From positions 186,001 through 250,000 of the forward strand of contig LSRY02000045.1 of assembly GCA_001643675.2 (NCBI GenBank): DNA of 64,000 bases. The letters are read 5' to 3'. Numbering within the stretch: position 1 is the first letter of the stretch; every line of letters begins with the position of its first letter. This DNA comes from Monocercomonoides exilis PA203 (Eukaryota > Protista > Preaxostyla). The notes beneath the pieces are model-generated. The model was not told the origin of the DNA. It did no database searches and saw only the letters and a list, made by a program, of their open reading frames with translations. Positions 48,718 to 61,357 of this stretch are shown piece after piece. Position numbers and translations under genes: made by a program.

Positions 48718-50484
48718 TTGGTGAGTGAGTCCGATTTCTCATCTTTTTGTGTGTCTTCAGCCCCGTTTCTGGCGCCTCCCTTGACACGCCTTGTATCTCT
48801 CACCCAGCTGACCTTCTTCAACATCTCGACAAATCCACTGAAAACAACACATCTGGCTGAAGGGCCGAGCCAAACCTCGTTTCTGATGAGTGGATGCGCA
48901 TTTTCATCGGTGTGGGATGTTTATGATGGGGGCATTGTCCCCTCGCTCAACAGCCCCTCATCTTCCCTGGATGCCTCGAACACCTCGTTTGTCGGATGCT
49001 ATCGATCACAGAATGTTGAAGTCAGCGGGAGTGAAGGGAATCCGTCGAAGCCAGGGAGACAGCAGATAGCAGACAATGGGACGAATTCGTTCACTTGGTG
49101 TGTGTGGAATGGGTCAAATACAACTGGGACAACTAATTCTTATACAGATGGGATATCGAGTGGAGGGGCGATTAACATGTATAACCTGGGATCGGGAACA
49201 CTTTCAGTGAAATTTTGTTCGTTCAATGATTGCTATGCGCATTATGCTGGGGGAGGAATTTTGTGTCGTTCGATCTATTCAATAAATATTGAGAACAACT
49301 CATTCAATGCATGTACTGCAAAAAATAATTATGGAGGAGGGATGTATGCCTATTCCATTTCAACATGTGTCAGGATCAGTGGTTGCGAATTTCAGAAATG
49401 TTCTGCAAAATATGATGGAGGAGGCCTTTATCTCGAAAATTTTAATGTTTCTGGATCTTCATGTATTGGAACGGAAAGCGACAATGGAGAGAGCGCTTGT
49501 GTGTTTGAGTGCTCATTCACTTCGTGCTCGCTCACAAGTTATAATGGCGGAGGGATGTATTGTTACAATGTTCCATCTGCATTCAAAATGAGGGGCCTCC
49601 AGTTTATTTCATGCAGCGCATTATCATATGGCGGAGGATTGTGTTTAGATCCAAGACAGTCAACAGCTCCAAGCAACAACCTTTATTGCTATTTCTTCTT
49701 CTTCCATGATTGCAGATGCAGTAGTTCTACTCCATATGGCCACGATGTAATGTATTACGATTATTACAACCATTTTCAAACATCAAATAATCCGTTCTTT
49801 GAATCATATACAACGAATAGTGATGGAAAAAGATTGTGTTATGCTTATTTGCAATCAAGCAGTTATGTGTTTCAGCATACAGAAAAAAAGGAATGGTTGA
49901 AGGAAGGGATGAAGGATAGATTTGTTGGAGTGGGTGGGAACGACGCAAACAATCTGTGTGGGATGAGTGAGGCAGCACCTTGCAAGACAGTGGGGCATGC
50001 AGTGGGGTCGAGCATGGCGCAGTTGAGCTCGACAATCACAGTGCTGAGTGGAAGGCATGTGAGCGAAGGGGCGACAATCATTGTTGGGGAAAAGAAGATA
50101 TCAATTGTGGGGAGAGGAAAGACAGTGAGTGTGATTGGGACGAGTGCGCTTTCTTCGCCTGCAACTACTCTGTTTAGCATATCATCTGGCCAACTGGAGG
50201 TGGGGCATGTGGGGATCGACCACAACGCGACAAGAAGCTCATCGCCGAGTGTGTTTGTGGTGTCTGTGGGGAGCGGGACTCTTTCACTGGAGGATGTTTT
50301 GATCAACTCTTCGACATCAGGAGGGAGTGGAATGACGAAGTGCGTGTTTGAAGTGGAGCTGAGGCAGCTGAAAACGATTGATGTGGAGATTGAAAACATG
50401 AAAATATCACAGCCTCTTTTCGCTGAACCATCATCAGTAGGATTGGCATTGGGAGAAAATTGTTTGTTGTTTATTTTGTTCTGA
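48718..50484 (+). CDS. Copy F: same family, long type, no 5' ATG
   Basis: 588-codon open frame; in-frame TGA upstream at 48610; tail VGLALGENCLLFILF. Confidence 0.75.
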   Translation: MVSESDFSSFCVSSAPFLAPPLTRLVSLTQLTFFNISTNPLKTTHLAEGPSQTSFLMSGCAFSSVWDVYDGGIVPSLNSPSSSLDASNTSFVGCYRSQNVEVSGSEGNPSKPGRQQIADNGTNSFTWCVWNGSNTTGTTNSYTDGISSGGAINMYNLGSGTLSVKFCSFNDCYAHYAGGGILCRSIYSINIENNSFNACTAKNNYGGGMYAYSISTCVRISGCEFQKCSAKYDGGGLYLENFNVSGSSCIGTESDNGESACVFECSFTSCSLTSYNGGGMYCYNVPSAFKMRGLQFISCSALSYGGGLCLDPRQSTAPSNNLYCYFFFFHDCRCSSSTPYGHDVMYYDYYNHFQTSNNPFFESYTTNSDGKRLCYAYLQSSSYVFQHTEKKEWLKEGMKDRFVGVGGNDANNLCGMSEAAPCKTVGHAVGSSMAQLSSTITVLSGRHVSEGATIIVGEKKISIVGRGKTVSVIGTSALSSPATTLFSISSGQLEVGHVGIDHNATRSSSPSVFVVSVGSGTLSLEDVLINSSTSGGSGMTKCVFEVELRQLKTIDVEIENMKISQPLFAEPSSVGLALGENCLLFILF

Positions 50485-53400
50485 CTGCACAACGCACAAA
50501 CTGAAGCGAGAAAATAATTGAAATTCTGAGATTAACTTTTTATTATCATTTTTATTGAAATGACAAGCAATAAAGAGTTAATTTTTTAATCAAGAGTGCA
50601 TACTCTTTACGAAAAAGAATTTTTTTTATGAAAATGATTTGTTGATAAATATTTTGTAGGGGAATGAAAAGATGGAATAAATGAAAAAACCCACCAAAAT
50701 CAATGAAAAAATTGTTAATTATGAATGAATACAAATATCTGTTTTTTTGAACAAAATACACCAAAAATGATTGTTATTTGACATTCTGATTAAAAAGTTT
50801 CAAAATATTTGAAAATAGAAACAAAAATTGAAAATGCTTTATTTATTAAGAATATTGTTTTTATCAACAATCATGATTTTTCAGTCACTTTGGATTGCGA
50901 TGATAATAAAATTATCATAGATTTAAAATGAGTTGCCTCATTCTTCTGATGATTATAAATCATGAACACCACAAATCATCTTGTTTCAATGAGTGCATTA
51001 TGTGAATTAATATGAAAAATTTGAATACAAAAACAAAGCATTTTTATTCATTTTTTGATAAGAACAATTTTGAAGATAAGAGGATGATAAGTGTCAAATT
51101 ATTTATGGGGATCTGTGTTTTTTTTTCAAAATTTTGTTCACAAATAGGTAATTGTTTTTGAAATCAAACATTCTTTCTGGGAGTGATATTTTCCATTATT
51201 CACTTTTCAATGAAGTTATTTGTACTGAATTGAAATGAGCACAGAGATTTGTGATGAATAATAAATGTGATATTTTCTTTTTTCAGAGAGTCTATTTATG
51301 TTGTTTTCCAAAAATCATTAAAAATCTGAATTGGTTGACAGAACGTGTCTGATCTCAAAAAATAGAATAATCTGGACAATACCTTCCTCAAGCAAATGAA
51401 TCATTGTTGGAATGGTTTCTATAATTTATCTTTTGAAAAAGACATTTCATCTTGAAACACTCATCTCTTGCTGATATCTCAATGATTATTAGTTGTTGAG
51501 TCTTTTCATCTCAAACTAATATTTTGAAATATTTTTCTTCTTTATTCCTATTTCTTATTTTCAGATGACTCAACTTTTGTTCAAAAAGTGGTGAATTGGG
51601 AATGAATTGGAATAACAAAGTGAAGAGGAAAGAGGGATGTGCATTATTCTTTTTGAAAAGAATAAAAATTTAATCACAATTTCGAAAATGAAAAATGAAA
51701 ATTTTAAATATTCCTTGTTCCTTAAAATTCAAACATCACAATTAATCAGCAGAATCATTCTATTATTTCTTCGCAAATGAAAATGATTTCATTTCTCATT
51801 TTCTTTCAACAAAAATGAATATTTGTTTCTTTCCAAAAAGGATAATGCTTATCCCCTTTTCCTCATCAGTTTATTATTCCATTTCTTTCCCAATTCACCA
51901 CTTTTTGAACAAAAGTTGAGTCATCTGAAAATAAGAAATAGGAATAAAGAAGAAAAATATTTCAAAATATTAGTTTGAGATGAAAAGACTCAACAACTAA
52001 TAATCATTGAGATATCAGCAAGAGATGAGTGTTTCAAGATGAAATGTCTTTTTCAAAAGATAAATTATAGAAACCATTCCAACAATGATTCATTTGCTTG
52101 AGGAAGGTATTGTCCAGATTATTCTATTTTTTGAGATCAGACACGTTCTGTCAACCAATTCAGATTTTTAATGATTTTTGGAAAACAACATAAATAGACT
52201 CTCTGAAAAAAGAAAATATCACATTTATTATTCATCACAAATCTCTGTGCTCATTTCAATTCAGTACAAATAACTTCATTGAAAAGTGAATAATGGAAAA
52301 TATCACTCCCAGAAAGAATGTTTGATTTCAAAAACAATTACCTATTTGTGAACAAAATTTTGAAAAAAAAACACAGATCCCCATAAATAATTTGACACTT
52401 ATCATCCTCTTATCTTCAAAATTGTTCTTATCAAAAAATGAATAAAAATGCTTTGTTTTTGTATTCAAATTTTTCATATTAATTCACATAATGCACTCAT
52501 TGAAACAAGATGATTTGTGGTGTTCATGATTTATAATCATCAGAAGAATGAGGCAACTCATTTTAAATCTATGATAATTTTATTATCATCGCAATCCAAA
52601 GTGACTGAAAAATCATGATTGTTGATAAAAACAATATTCTTAATAAATAAAGCATTTTCAATTTTTGTTTCTATTTTCAAATATTTTGAAACTTTTTAAT
52701 CAGAATGTCAAATAACAATCATTTTTGGTGTATTTTGTTCAAAAAAACAGATATTTGTATTCATTCATAATTAACAATTTTTTCATTGATTTTGGTGGGT
52801 TTTTTCATTTATTCCATCTTTTCATTCCCCTACAAAATATTTATCAACAAATCATTTTCATAAAAAAAATTCTTTTTCGTAAAGAGTATGCACTCTTGAT
52901 TAAAAAATTAACTCTTTATTGCTTGTCATTTCAATAAAAATGATAATAAAAAGTTAATCTCAGAATTTCAATTATTTTCTCGCTTCAGTTTGTGCGTTGT
53001 GCAGTCAGAACAAAATAAACAACAAACAATTTTCTCCCAATGCCAATCCTACTGATGATGGTTCAGCGAAAAGAGGCTGTGATATTTTCATGTTTTCAAT
53101 CTCCACATCAATCGTTTTCAGCTGCCTCAGCTCCACTTCAAACACGCACTTCGTCATTCCACTCCCTCCTGATGTCGAAGAGTTGATCAAAACATCCTCC
53201 AGTGAAAGAGTCCCGCTCCCCACAGACACCACAAACACACTCGGCGATGGGCTTCTTGTTGCATTGTGATCGATCCCCACATGCCCCACCTCCAGTTGGC
53301 CAGAAGATATGCTAAACAGCGTTGGCGAAGTCGAAGAAAGAGAATTCGTCCCAATCACACTCACTGTCTTCCCTCTCCCAACAACAGAAATCTCCTTTTC

Positions 53401-54395
53401 CCCAACATTGATCGTCGCCCCTTCGCTCACATGCCTTCCACTCAGCACTGTGATTGTCGAGCTCAACTGCGCCATGCTCGACCCCACTGCATGCCCCACT
53501 GTCTTGCAAGGTGCTGCCTCACTCATCCCACACAGATTGTTTGCGTCGTTCCCACCCACTCCAACAAATCTATCCTTCATCCCTTCCTTCAACCATTCCT
53601 TTTTTTCTGTATGCTGAAACACATAACTGCTTGATTGCAAATAAGCATAACACAATCTTTTTCCATCACTATTCGTTGTATATGATTCAAAGAACGGATT
53701 ATTTGATGTTTGAAAATGGTTGTAATAATCGTAATACATTACATCGTGGCCATATGGAGTAGAACTACTGCATCTGCAATCATGGAAGAAGAAGAAATAG
53801 CAATAAAGGTTGTTGCTTGGAGCTGTTGACTGTCTTGGATCTAAACACAATCCTCCGCCATATGATAATGCGCTGCATGAAATAAACTGGAGGCCCCTCA
53901 TTTTGAATGCAGATGGAACATTGTAACAATACATCCCTCCGCCATTATAACTTGTGAGCGAGCACGAAGTGAATGAGCACTCAAACACACAAGCGCTCTC
54001 TCCATTGTCGCTTTCCGTTCCAATACATGAAGATCCAGAAACATTAAAATTTTCGAGATAAAGGCCTCCTCCATCATATTTTGCAGAACATTTCTGAAAT
54101 TCGCAACCACTGATCCTGACACATGTTGAAATGGAATAGGCATACATCCCTCCTCCATAATTATTTTTTGCAGTACATGCATTGAATGAGTTGTTCTCAA
54201 TATTTATTGAATAGATCGAACGACACAAAATTCCTCCCCCAGCATAATGCGCATAGCAATCATTGAACGAACAAAATTTCACTGAAAGTGTTCCCGATCC
54301 CAGGTTATACATGTTAATCGCCCCTCCACTCGATATCCCATCTGTATAAGAATTAGTTGTCCCAGTTGTATTTGAGCCATTCCACACGCACCAAG
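49095..54395. repeat. Palindrome P4 (tail-to-tail): arms about 49095-51602 and 51887-54395
   Basis: Mirrored ORFs 50552-50764/52725-52937 and F/G, coordinate sum 103489. Confidence 0.93.
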
Positions 54396-54708
54396 TGAAC
54401 GAATTTGCCCCATTGTCTGTGATCTGCTGTCTCGCTGGTTTCGATGGATTCCCTTCACTCCCATTGATTGCAACATTCCCTGATCGATAGCACCTGACAA
54501 ACGAGGTGTTCGAGGCAGCCAAGGATGATGAAGGGCTGTTCAGCGAGGGGACAATGCCCCCATCATACACATCCCACACCGATGAAAATGTGCACCCACT
54601 CATCAGAAACGAGGTTTGGCTCGGCCCTTCACCCAGATGTGTTGTTTTCTGTGGATTTGTGGAGATGTTGAAGAAGGTCAGCTGGGTGAGAGAAGCAAAG
54701 TGCGACAA
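53005..54708 (-). CDS. Copy G: same family, long type, palindromic partner of F
   Basis: 567-codon frame. Central part is identical to F; the 5' part and one 3' patch differ. Confidence 0.75.
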   Translation of the reverse strand: MSHFASLTQLTFFNISTNPQKTTHLGEGPSQTSFLMSGCTFSSVWDVYDGGIVPSLNSPSSSLAASNTSFVRCYRSGNVAINGSEGNPSKPARQQITDNGANSFTWCVWNGSNTTGTTNSYTDGISSGGAINMYNLGSGTLSVKFCSFNDCYAHYAGGGILCRSIYSINIENNSFNACTAKNNYGGGMYAYSISTCVRISGCEFQKCSAKYDGGGLYLENFNVSGSSCIGTESDNGESACVFECSFTSCSLTSYNGGGMYCYNVPSAFKMRGLQFISCSALSYGGGLCLDPRQSTAPSNNLYCYFFFFHDCRCSSSTPYGHDVMYYDYYNHFQTSNNPFFESYTTNSDGKRLCYAYLQSSSYVFQHTEKKEWLKEGMKDRFVGVGGNDANNLCGMSEAAPCKTVGHAVGSSMAQLSSTITVLSGRHVSEGATINVGEKEISVVGRGKTVSVIGTNSLSSTSPTLFSISSGQLEVGHVGIDHNATRSPSPSVFVVSVGSGTLSLEDVLINSSTSGGSGMTKCVFEVELRQLKTIDVEIENMKISQPLFAEPSSVGLALGENCLLFILF

Positions 54709-55309
54709 GATGAATGGGGCTGATGAAACACAAAAAGATTAGAAATCTGACTCATACACCAAAAATCTTAATCATCTTCTTCCTTTTTTACACAAGTCAT
54801 ATTTCCTATTCACATATCTCTTCCACAACTTCTTCAAAGTTTCCTCAAATTTTTATCTTCATTTTTCTTTCTCTTCTTCTCTTATTTTCATTCTTCATTT
54901 ATCTTCAGTCAAATCATCTCTTTCATTCATATTTCTTATAAATATCTGCTTCTTCTCAACCATTTGCCAAATCTCTTCTTCTGCTGCATCATCAATCCCT
55001 TGATCTCATTTTCGGCTTTTAACAAGATTCGTCGTATATGTCTTCCAGAACCATCAAAGGTCTCCTCTTCTATTCGCTTCAATTTTTGCTCCTTCTCATT
55101 CCACCAAACACTCTCCAATTATTATCTCCAGATTTCTTAAAGGCGCCAAATATGCTCTTTTTCCATGTTCCTTGTTCATTCATTGGCATAAAATATACCT
55201 GATAAAATATTCTAATTTCATATAAAAAAAAAACAGACGATAAAAAGCACTAATATAAAAAAAAGCAAAACAATAACTTTTATACGAATAATCTTGGCAA
55301 ACTTTCTTC

Positions 55310-58300
55310 TCCTCCTCCAGCTTCCCACCTCTCGCTCGACCTGATGCTTCTTTCCCTCCTCTTTCCCTTTCAAAATAGCACAACCCACAGTGGAACAGAA
55401 AGGTTGTGCAGTTGATGCTGTTTCAAAACCTTTCTGCCGTTGACAGAGCACTTCGTCCATCGCTCGACACAGATGAAACATTCGAAATGGACAAGGGAGT
55501 GCAACAGGTGGCTGAACAGGCAGAGCAAGATGATGTTGTTTCCAAAGAGCAGCAACGATTGTTTGTTGCAACTCTCTTTCTTTGATAAGGCTCAAAGCCG
55601 AGCTCGATGGTTGAAATGCGTTCAGCTTGAGGACTATTATGAAGGAAAAGTTAGAACCTTGTTTGGGATTGGAAATGTCCCAGAAAAAAGAAAAAGAAAA
55701 AGAAAAAGAAAAAAAGGAGCTGCCAATGCTGAAGTGAAAGAAAGAAAAAAAGACGAAGAGGAAGTGAGTGTTCTCGAGGAGTAATCGCTGCATATTGTTC
55801 TTGCGCATCCTCAGTGCGTAATGCTATTTGACTGGAGTGAATGTTGGACAGGGAGGCTGCATCATCCTTCGTCCATGACTGTGATTCATTTTCTGGTGGC
55901 AGGTTGCACACAACATGAGAGAATTGATCCAAAGTCAGTTGAGGCAGTGATGGCACAGCAGGGTGATATGGTGTGCTTCACATTGAAAAAAGGGAAGTCT
56001 GCTTGAGAAGAAGAAAAAGACGGTGAAGAAGTGATGTTGTTGGAAGAAGAAGAAAACGAGAAGAGGAAGAAGAATAAGAAGGAGGAGAAGAAGAGGAAGA
56101 GGAAAAAAAAAGGAGAAGAGGAAAAAGAGGAATTAACAGCATCAATAGAATTATAGTCTTCAGAGAATCATTTCAAAACGAAATTCGTCGTTTCTCTCTT
56201 GGCATGCTCTGACACAAAGTCAAAAACGGCAAACAGGCTGTTTCACACAGATGACAACCAGCCAGAAATATTCTTCGTTTGACAATTGTTTCGAGAAGGA
56301 GAAGACTCAGCAGCAGGACAATGCGGATCAAATGCATTTGACGTTTCGACTGAAGAGGAAGCAGAAAATGGAGGAGGATGAATTCATGGCGCGGGGAAAA
56401 GAAGGTGAAGACAAAGAAGAAGATGAAGAAATATAAAAATTAGTCGAATTCGATGAAGAAGAAACACTTGCAGAAGGTGATGAAGGTGATGAAGGCGGAG
56501 AAGAAAAGGAAGAAAAGGAAGATGAAGAAGATAACGATAAAGAAGGAAATAAAATTATTTCTTATGCTTGGGTCGTGGAAAGAAAAACATGACGAAAATG
56601 AAGAAGAGAGAAAAGCAGATAAAGAAAGTGAAGAGGATGAAGAAGAAGGTGATGAAGGTGACGAAGGCGATGAAGCTTATAATCAAAAATGAGGAGAAAA
56701 ATACACATATTCAAATCATTTGGAGGTGTATACGAAAACATGATGGGGATGAGACAGATAAGGCTGATGAAAACAATGAGGCTGAAGAAGAAGGGGGAGA
56801 ATAGACGAAAAAGCAGAAGAAGACAATGAAGAAGATGAAGTCGATGAAGAAAATGAAGACGATGCTATCGAAATCTCATATGAAGGATAATTTTTGTTGG
56901 AAGATATCCTGAATATAACAACTTTGCTCTATGCCCCATCTGCAAACCCTTCGATGACACAATGCCAAAGGCGATAGCAAAATAACTCAAAGTCCATTTT
57001 GTCTGTAATTTTCCTCCAGCTGCCTGTATTACGCCAAACTGTCTGTTTTTCTCGTATTTTCGCCTCTCAAGCCAAGCAATGAAAAGCAGTTCCATCGCTC
57101 CCCCAGGTCTATAAAGTCAATGTCTTTCCATTCTTATCCCAAGAAATGTGCCTTGCTCTGATGCAAATATCTCTAATCTCCCTGTTTCACTCATCTGCCC
57201 CAATCGCCCCAACAATGCTTTTTTTTGAAAATGTCCTCTTCCTCTTTTTAAAAAACGCTCTCTTTTCATAGAGATTGGTTGTTCTTCCTTTTTGGTCTTG
57301 GACATCTTTCGACCCCGTTGATTTCTGCTCCATCAAAATTCATTCTTCATCGCATTTCTGTACGTCGCGCATGTTGAGTCCATAAAAAGTTGCATAAATA
57401 TTCATAATAAAATATATTCAGGCTCTTATAATATATTTGAAAGATAGCATTTGTCTCGCTTCCTCGCTGTTCTGTTCTGCAAAGAATAAATTGTCCATTT
57501 TAAATAATTTGCCTGAATCAAGACTTTGGAGAGGATACGGATGGAAATATCTTCACAACATATAGAACAATATAAAATACATACATTGAAAATTCTTCAT
57601 TTCCATCGAAAATGTCGCATCCTCGCAGCATTCCATCAATCAAAATGAACAATTTCAGTTTCCCTCAAAATAAAACTGTTGCTGGCTCACCTGCCATATC
57701 ACTTAAAAAAATAATTCACTCATCCCAGCTGGAATGTTTGACGTCTTGATTTCTCATTCTGTTGTGCAGTTTTTTTATCATTTAACTTCATTTGATCATT
57801 TTCCATAACAGATTGGAGAGATTGATGAATGAACGATGGCTCAATTTGAAGTATTTTGGTTGAAAGGGCAGAGGCTGGAAGAGAAATGGGGACAGGGGAT
57901 TGTTTGTGGGGCAGCTCAACAACCTTGCCAATTCTTGCTGTTTGAGTGCCAAATGAGCAGAAAAGATGAGAATTTTAGTCTTTCTTTCTGAAGTTTGGTG
58001 CTCGTGATGAGCATGAGATAATAAGAGGGAGAAAATATCGACAATGTATTTATTTATCATTCAGCACCTGGATTGCTTCATATCCTTCTTTTCTCCTGAA
58101 TAAATGGTTTTTTTTTAATAAAGGGAAGGAAAAGGAAAGACAATGCCAAATCTTGTTCTTGTCATGTTTCATCCTTGTTGCACTTTTGAACAATTCTTTC
58201 AATCTTCTCATGTTGGACAACGTCTGGGACCATCTTTCAACTTCATTGTGAAATCCAACATAGATACAAATGGATAATTTTCATTTATCCTAATTTTCTC

Positions 58301-61300
58301 TTTCCCTCGTGAGTCATATTCTCTTTCCATGTTCTCAAACGTTTTTTCTTCTTCTTCATATTCGCCAACACTCGATCTGGGAAATTGGATCAACATCCCT
58401 CAACATCCTAAAAGACAGAACAATATGATTTTCTTGTGTTAGAAAGGCATTTGTCTTCGACTGAAATGCCATTTGATTACCACTTGGAGCGTCTCTTTTT
58501 CAGCCATTCTTCATCGCCATCCCCTGTTTCGATTTGTTATCTTCATCAACATTATTTAGAAAATCCATCTGAGCCCAGTGTGTGAATCAATCAATCAGAA
58601 GAAACAAGGATTGTTTATCCGTCTTTGATTTTTTGCTTGTGGAAGGAAATATGACAAAGCGCTTGGTTTTTGAATTGGAGTCATCAAGGCCAGAAACGCA
58701 AGCACTTTGGCGATCATCAGTGTTATGAGTTCATGGAAAGGGAAGTGAAAAAGAAAGAATGCAAAAGGTTAGAAATGAGAAGAGGAATAATTTTGAATCT
58801 GTTTGTGAATGAAGCCTTGCATGAAGCAAAAGGAAAGACAACAAGATGGACATTTTTTGATTGGGATTGTCAAAAAAGTTCTGTGAACTGAGCAAGGATT
58901 GAATTATCAATTGGTGTGTCTGAGTGAATTTTGAGCAGGATGCACATTCTTTGGCCATCTCATAAGTTTCAATTCATATGTGTTCCATATCGAATGAGTG
59001 ATGGTTTTTTTAAACTGTATTTGAGGATATGGAAAGATGAATTTTTTGATAGAAACGGTGGGGCTGGTTCATGCAGTTTGTTTTCTTTTGCAATCAGATA
59101 TCTGGGAAAACGAGAAGGATGCATTTGTGGAGAATGGAGTAGTTAGTGATTTTTGAGAGGTTGGTGGAGGAATGAGATGTCTCGTCCAGAACGAGTTGGG
59201 AGAAGGGAGCAGAGGGAAATGAAGATGAAAGAGCAAGGTGGAATGGTGGATGAAACTCAGTTCGTGGGGGAAAAGAAAAAAGAATCAGTTGTGTTGTTTA
59301 TCCTTCTTTTGTGAGTTATTGCCAGCCTTGTGGTGTGGCTGCTCATCAACGATCACGTAGGAAAATGTGTGCGGAGGAGGTTGCATTGCCTTTGGCATTC
59401 CCTTTTGACATTTGTGTCTTTGGGGGAATGTGTTTGTGAATGAGCAGAAGGGAGGGGCTGGATGTTGTTGGGAGTGATTGAGATGTGTCTGTTTTGCAAA
59501 AAGGATGAGGATGAGGAAGGTGATGGAAGGGGAAGTTGGCAGCCTGCTTGGAGGTGTCTTTGGAAGGGAGTTGGAAAGAAGAAAAGCAGAGGGGCAGGGG
59601 ATTGGGATGGAATGGAAAGGGAGAAGGAGGAGGAAGAAGGAAGGTGAAGAGGAAGATGGTGTGGCTGGGCAAATGAAATGGGGTGAGGAGTGTTTGTGGG
59701 TGTGATGATTCCACGCTCAGCAAGGTTGTTGGCAATGTTGATGGAGGCGACAGATGCTGTGTGTTTCGGAGCCGAAAGGATGGGGAAAGCAGACAGAAGA
59801 AATGAGAGAGGATGGTGAGTGGCAGGCAGTTGTTGGAGGGGGGTGAAGATGAAGCGGAGGAAAGGATGCTGGATGGGCATATGCCCCATGGAGCAGATGT
59901 GTTTGTTGAGTGAGGTTGAGGGGCAGTTGTATTTTTGGAAGGGAGAGAAATGAAGAGGGAGATGGAGAACATATGGAGGGTGTGGAGCTTGCTGTCACAA
60001 GAGAAGGAAGATGAAGAAAAGGAGGCATTTGAATTGTGATGTGCATGAAGGGATTGAAAATGTCTTTCAAAATTCACAAAAATAAAAAATATTTTGTTAT
60101 TTCAGAGAGAGATTTCAATCTCTGTATTCTCTGTTTTGTTCTCATTCGCATTGTTGGTTTCTTTTTCGCTCAGTTCCACTCAAAACATATTTATTTATCT
60201 GTCTGTTTGAATGACATTCCCCTGTGTGAAAAAATGCAAGGGAATCAACACACATTATTGTCTTTGTGAAGGAGCCAGGGCAAATGAATTCTTTTGAAAT
60301 GGCTGAGAAATTGGATTTGGAGGAGTCTGGACACACAGAAATCAGGGGAAATGGCACTTTTCTGTTTAATAAATATTATAATAAATTCATATTTATAATT
60401 TTATAAAAAAGTTTTTTTTCAAATAGATTGATGAACTGGTTTATGCAATCAGATCAAATGAAAACAGAAAAAGCTGAAAGCGTGTTGAGAGAAGTTTTGC
60501 AGCCAGGAACAGACATAGCACATGGCATACCCTGAGGGGTGTGATTCGATCCTTGAGGTGGTACGGGTGCCGAGCCTCTGGGGTGCCTGGGAAATGAGGC
60601 AGCGATTTATCGGCCAGATGGCTGTGCCTGTGCATGGAGCATGTTTGTGATGCCTCTTTCTATGCGCTGTGCCTGCAAAATGTTGTGAGTTGGCGGTATG
60701 AGTGGGCTTTTGGGGCAGCTTGGTGTCGGTGAGTGGCGTTGTTTCCTTTTACTATGTTATCTTTTCTGCAATGCTGATGGAAGTGTGCCATTTTGTTTGC
60801 CTCTCGAGGGAGCCGTTGACGTGTTGCACCTTTTTTATTTCTATTTTTTCGGATTTTATTTCTCAGCAGGGCGCAGCTGGGGATGTTTTGCAACAGAAGA
60901 ATTTTTCGATGATCCGGGCACCTGGGTGAACCAATACAGCGGGGAAGGGGATGGGAGCAATGGAAACAGCGATTGGGAGGGGTGTAAGGAGAGACGATGG
61001 GCTGTGGCAGAATTTTGTTTTTTCACCTCAAAGGCAGTTATTGGCTGTTGTGGCAGTGCCAGCACAAATACGGATGATTTTATTGGATGCTCTCCTTCAG
61101 ACCTGGGATTTGCCGTTATTTCATCCAGCAAAAATATTTCGACTCCAACTGTCCACTTGCCACACTGAACAGCATCGTTGAAATTGAAGAAAGAGAATTT
61201 GTCCCAATCACACTCACTGTCTTCCCTCTCCCAACAACAGAAATCTCCTTTTCCCCAACATTGATCGTCGCCCCTTCGCTCACATGCTTCCCATCCAGCA

Positions 61301-61357
61301 ACGTGATTGTCGAGCTCAGCTGCGCCATGCTCGACCCCACTGCATGCCCCACTGTCT
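55310..61357 (+). repeat. Near-identical direct copy of about 29164-35225 (offset about 26.1 kb)
   Basis: Identical ORFs at 29294/55440, 31645/57788, 32065/58208 and 34566/60698. Confidence 0.92.

Noticed and set aside
9745-54395. Palindromes as amplification or long-read fold-back artefacts
   Set aside because: The loops are asymmetric and homologous between palindromes, the inner stems are diverged, and the arms carry discrete patches. Artefacts would give random fold points. Raw-read confirmation is still desirable.
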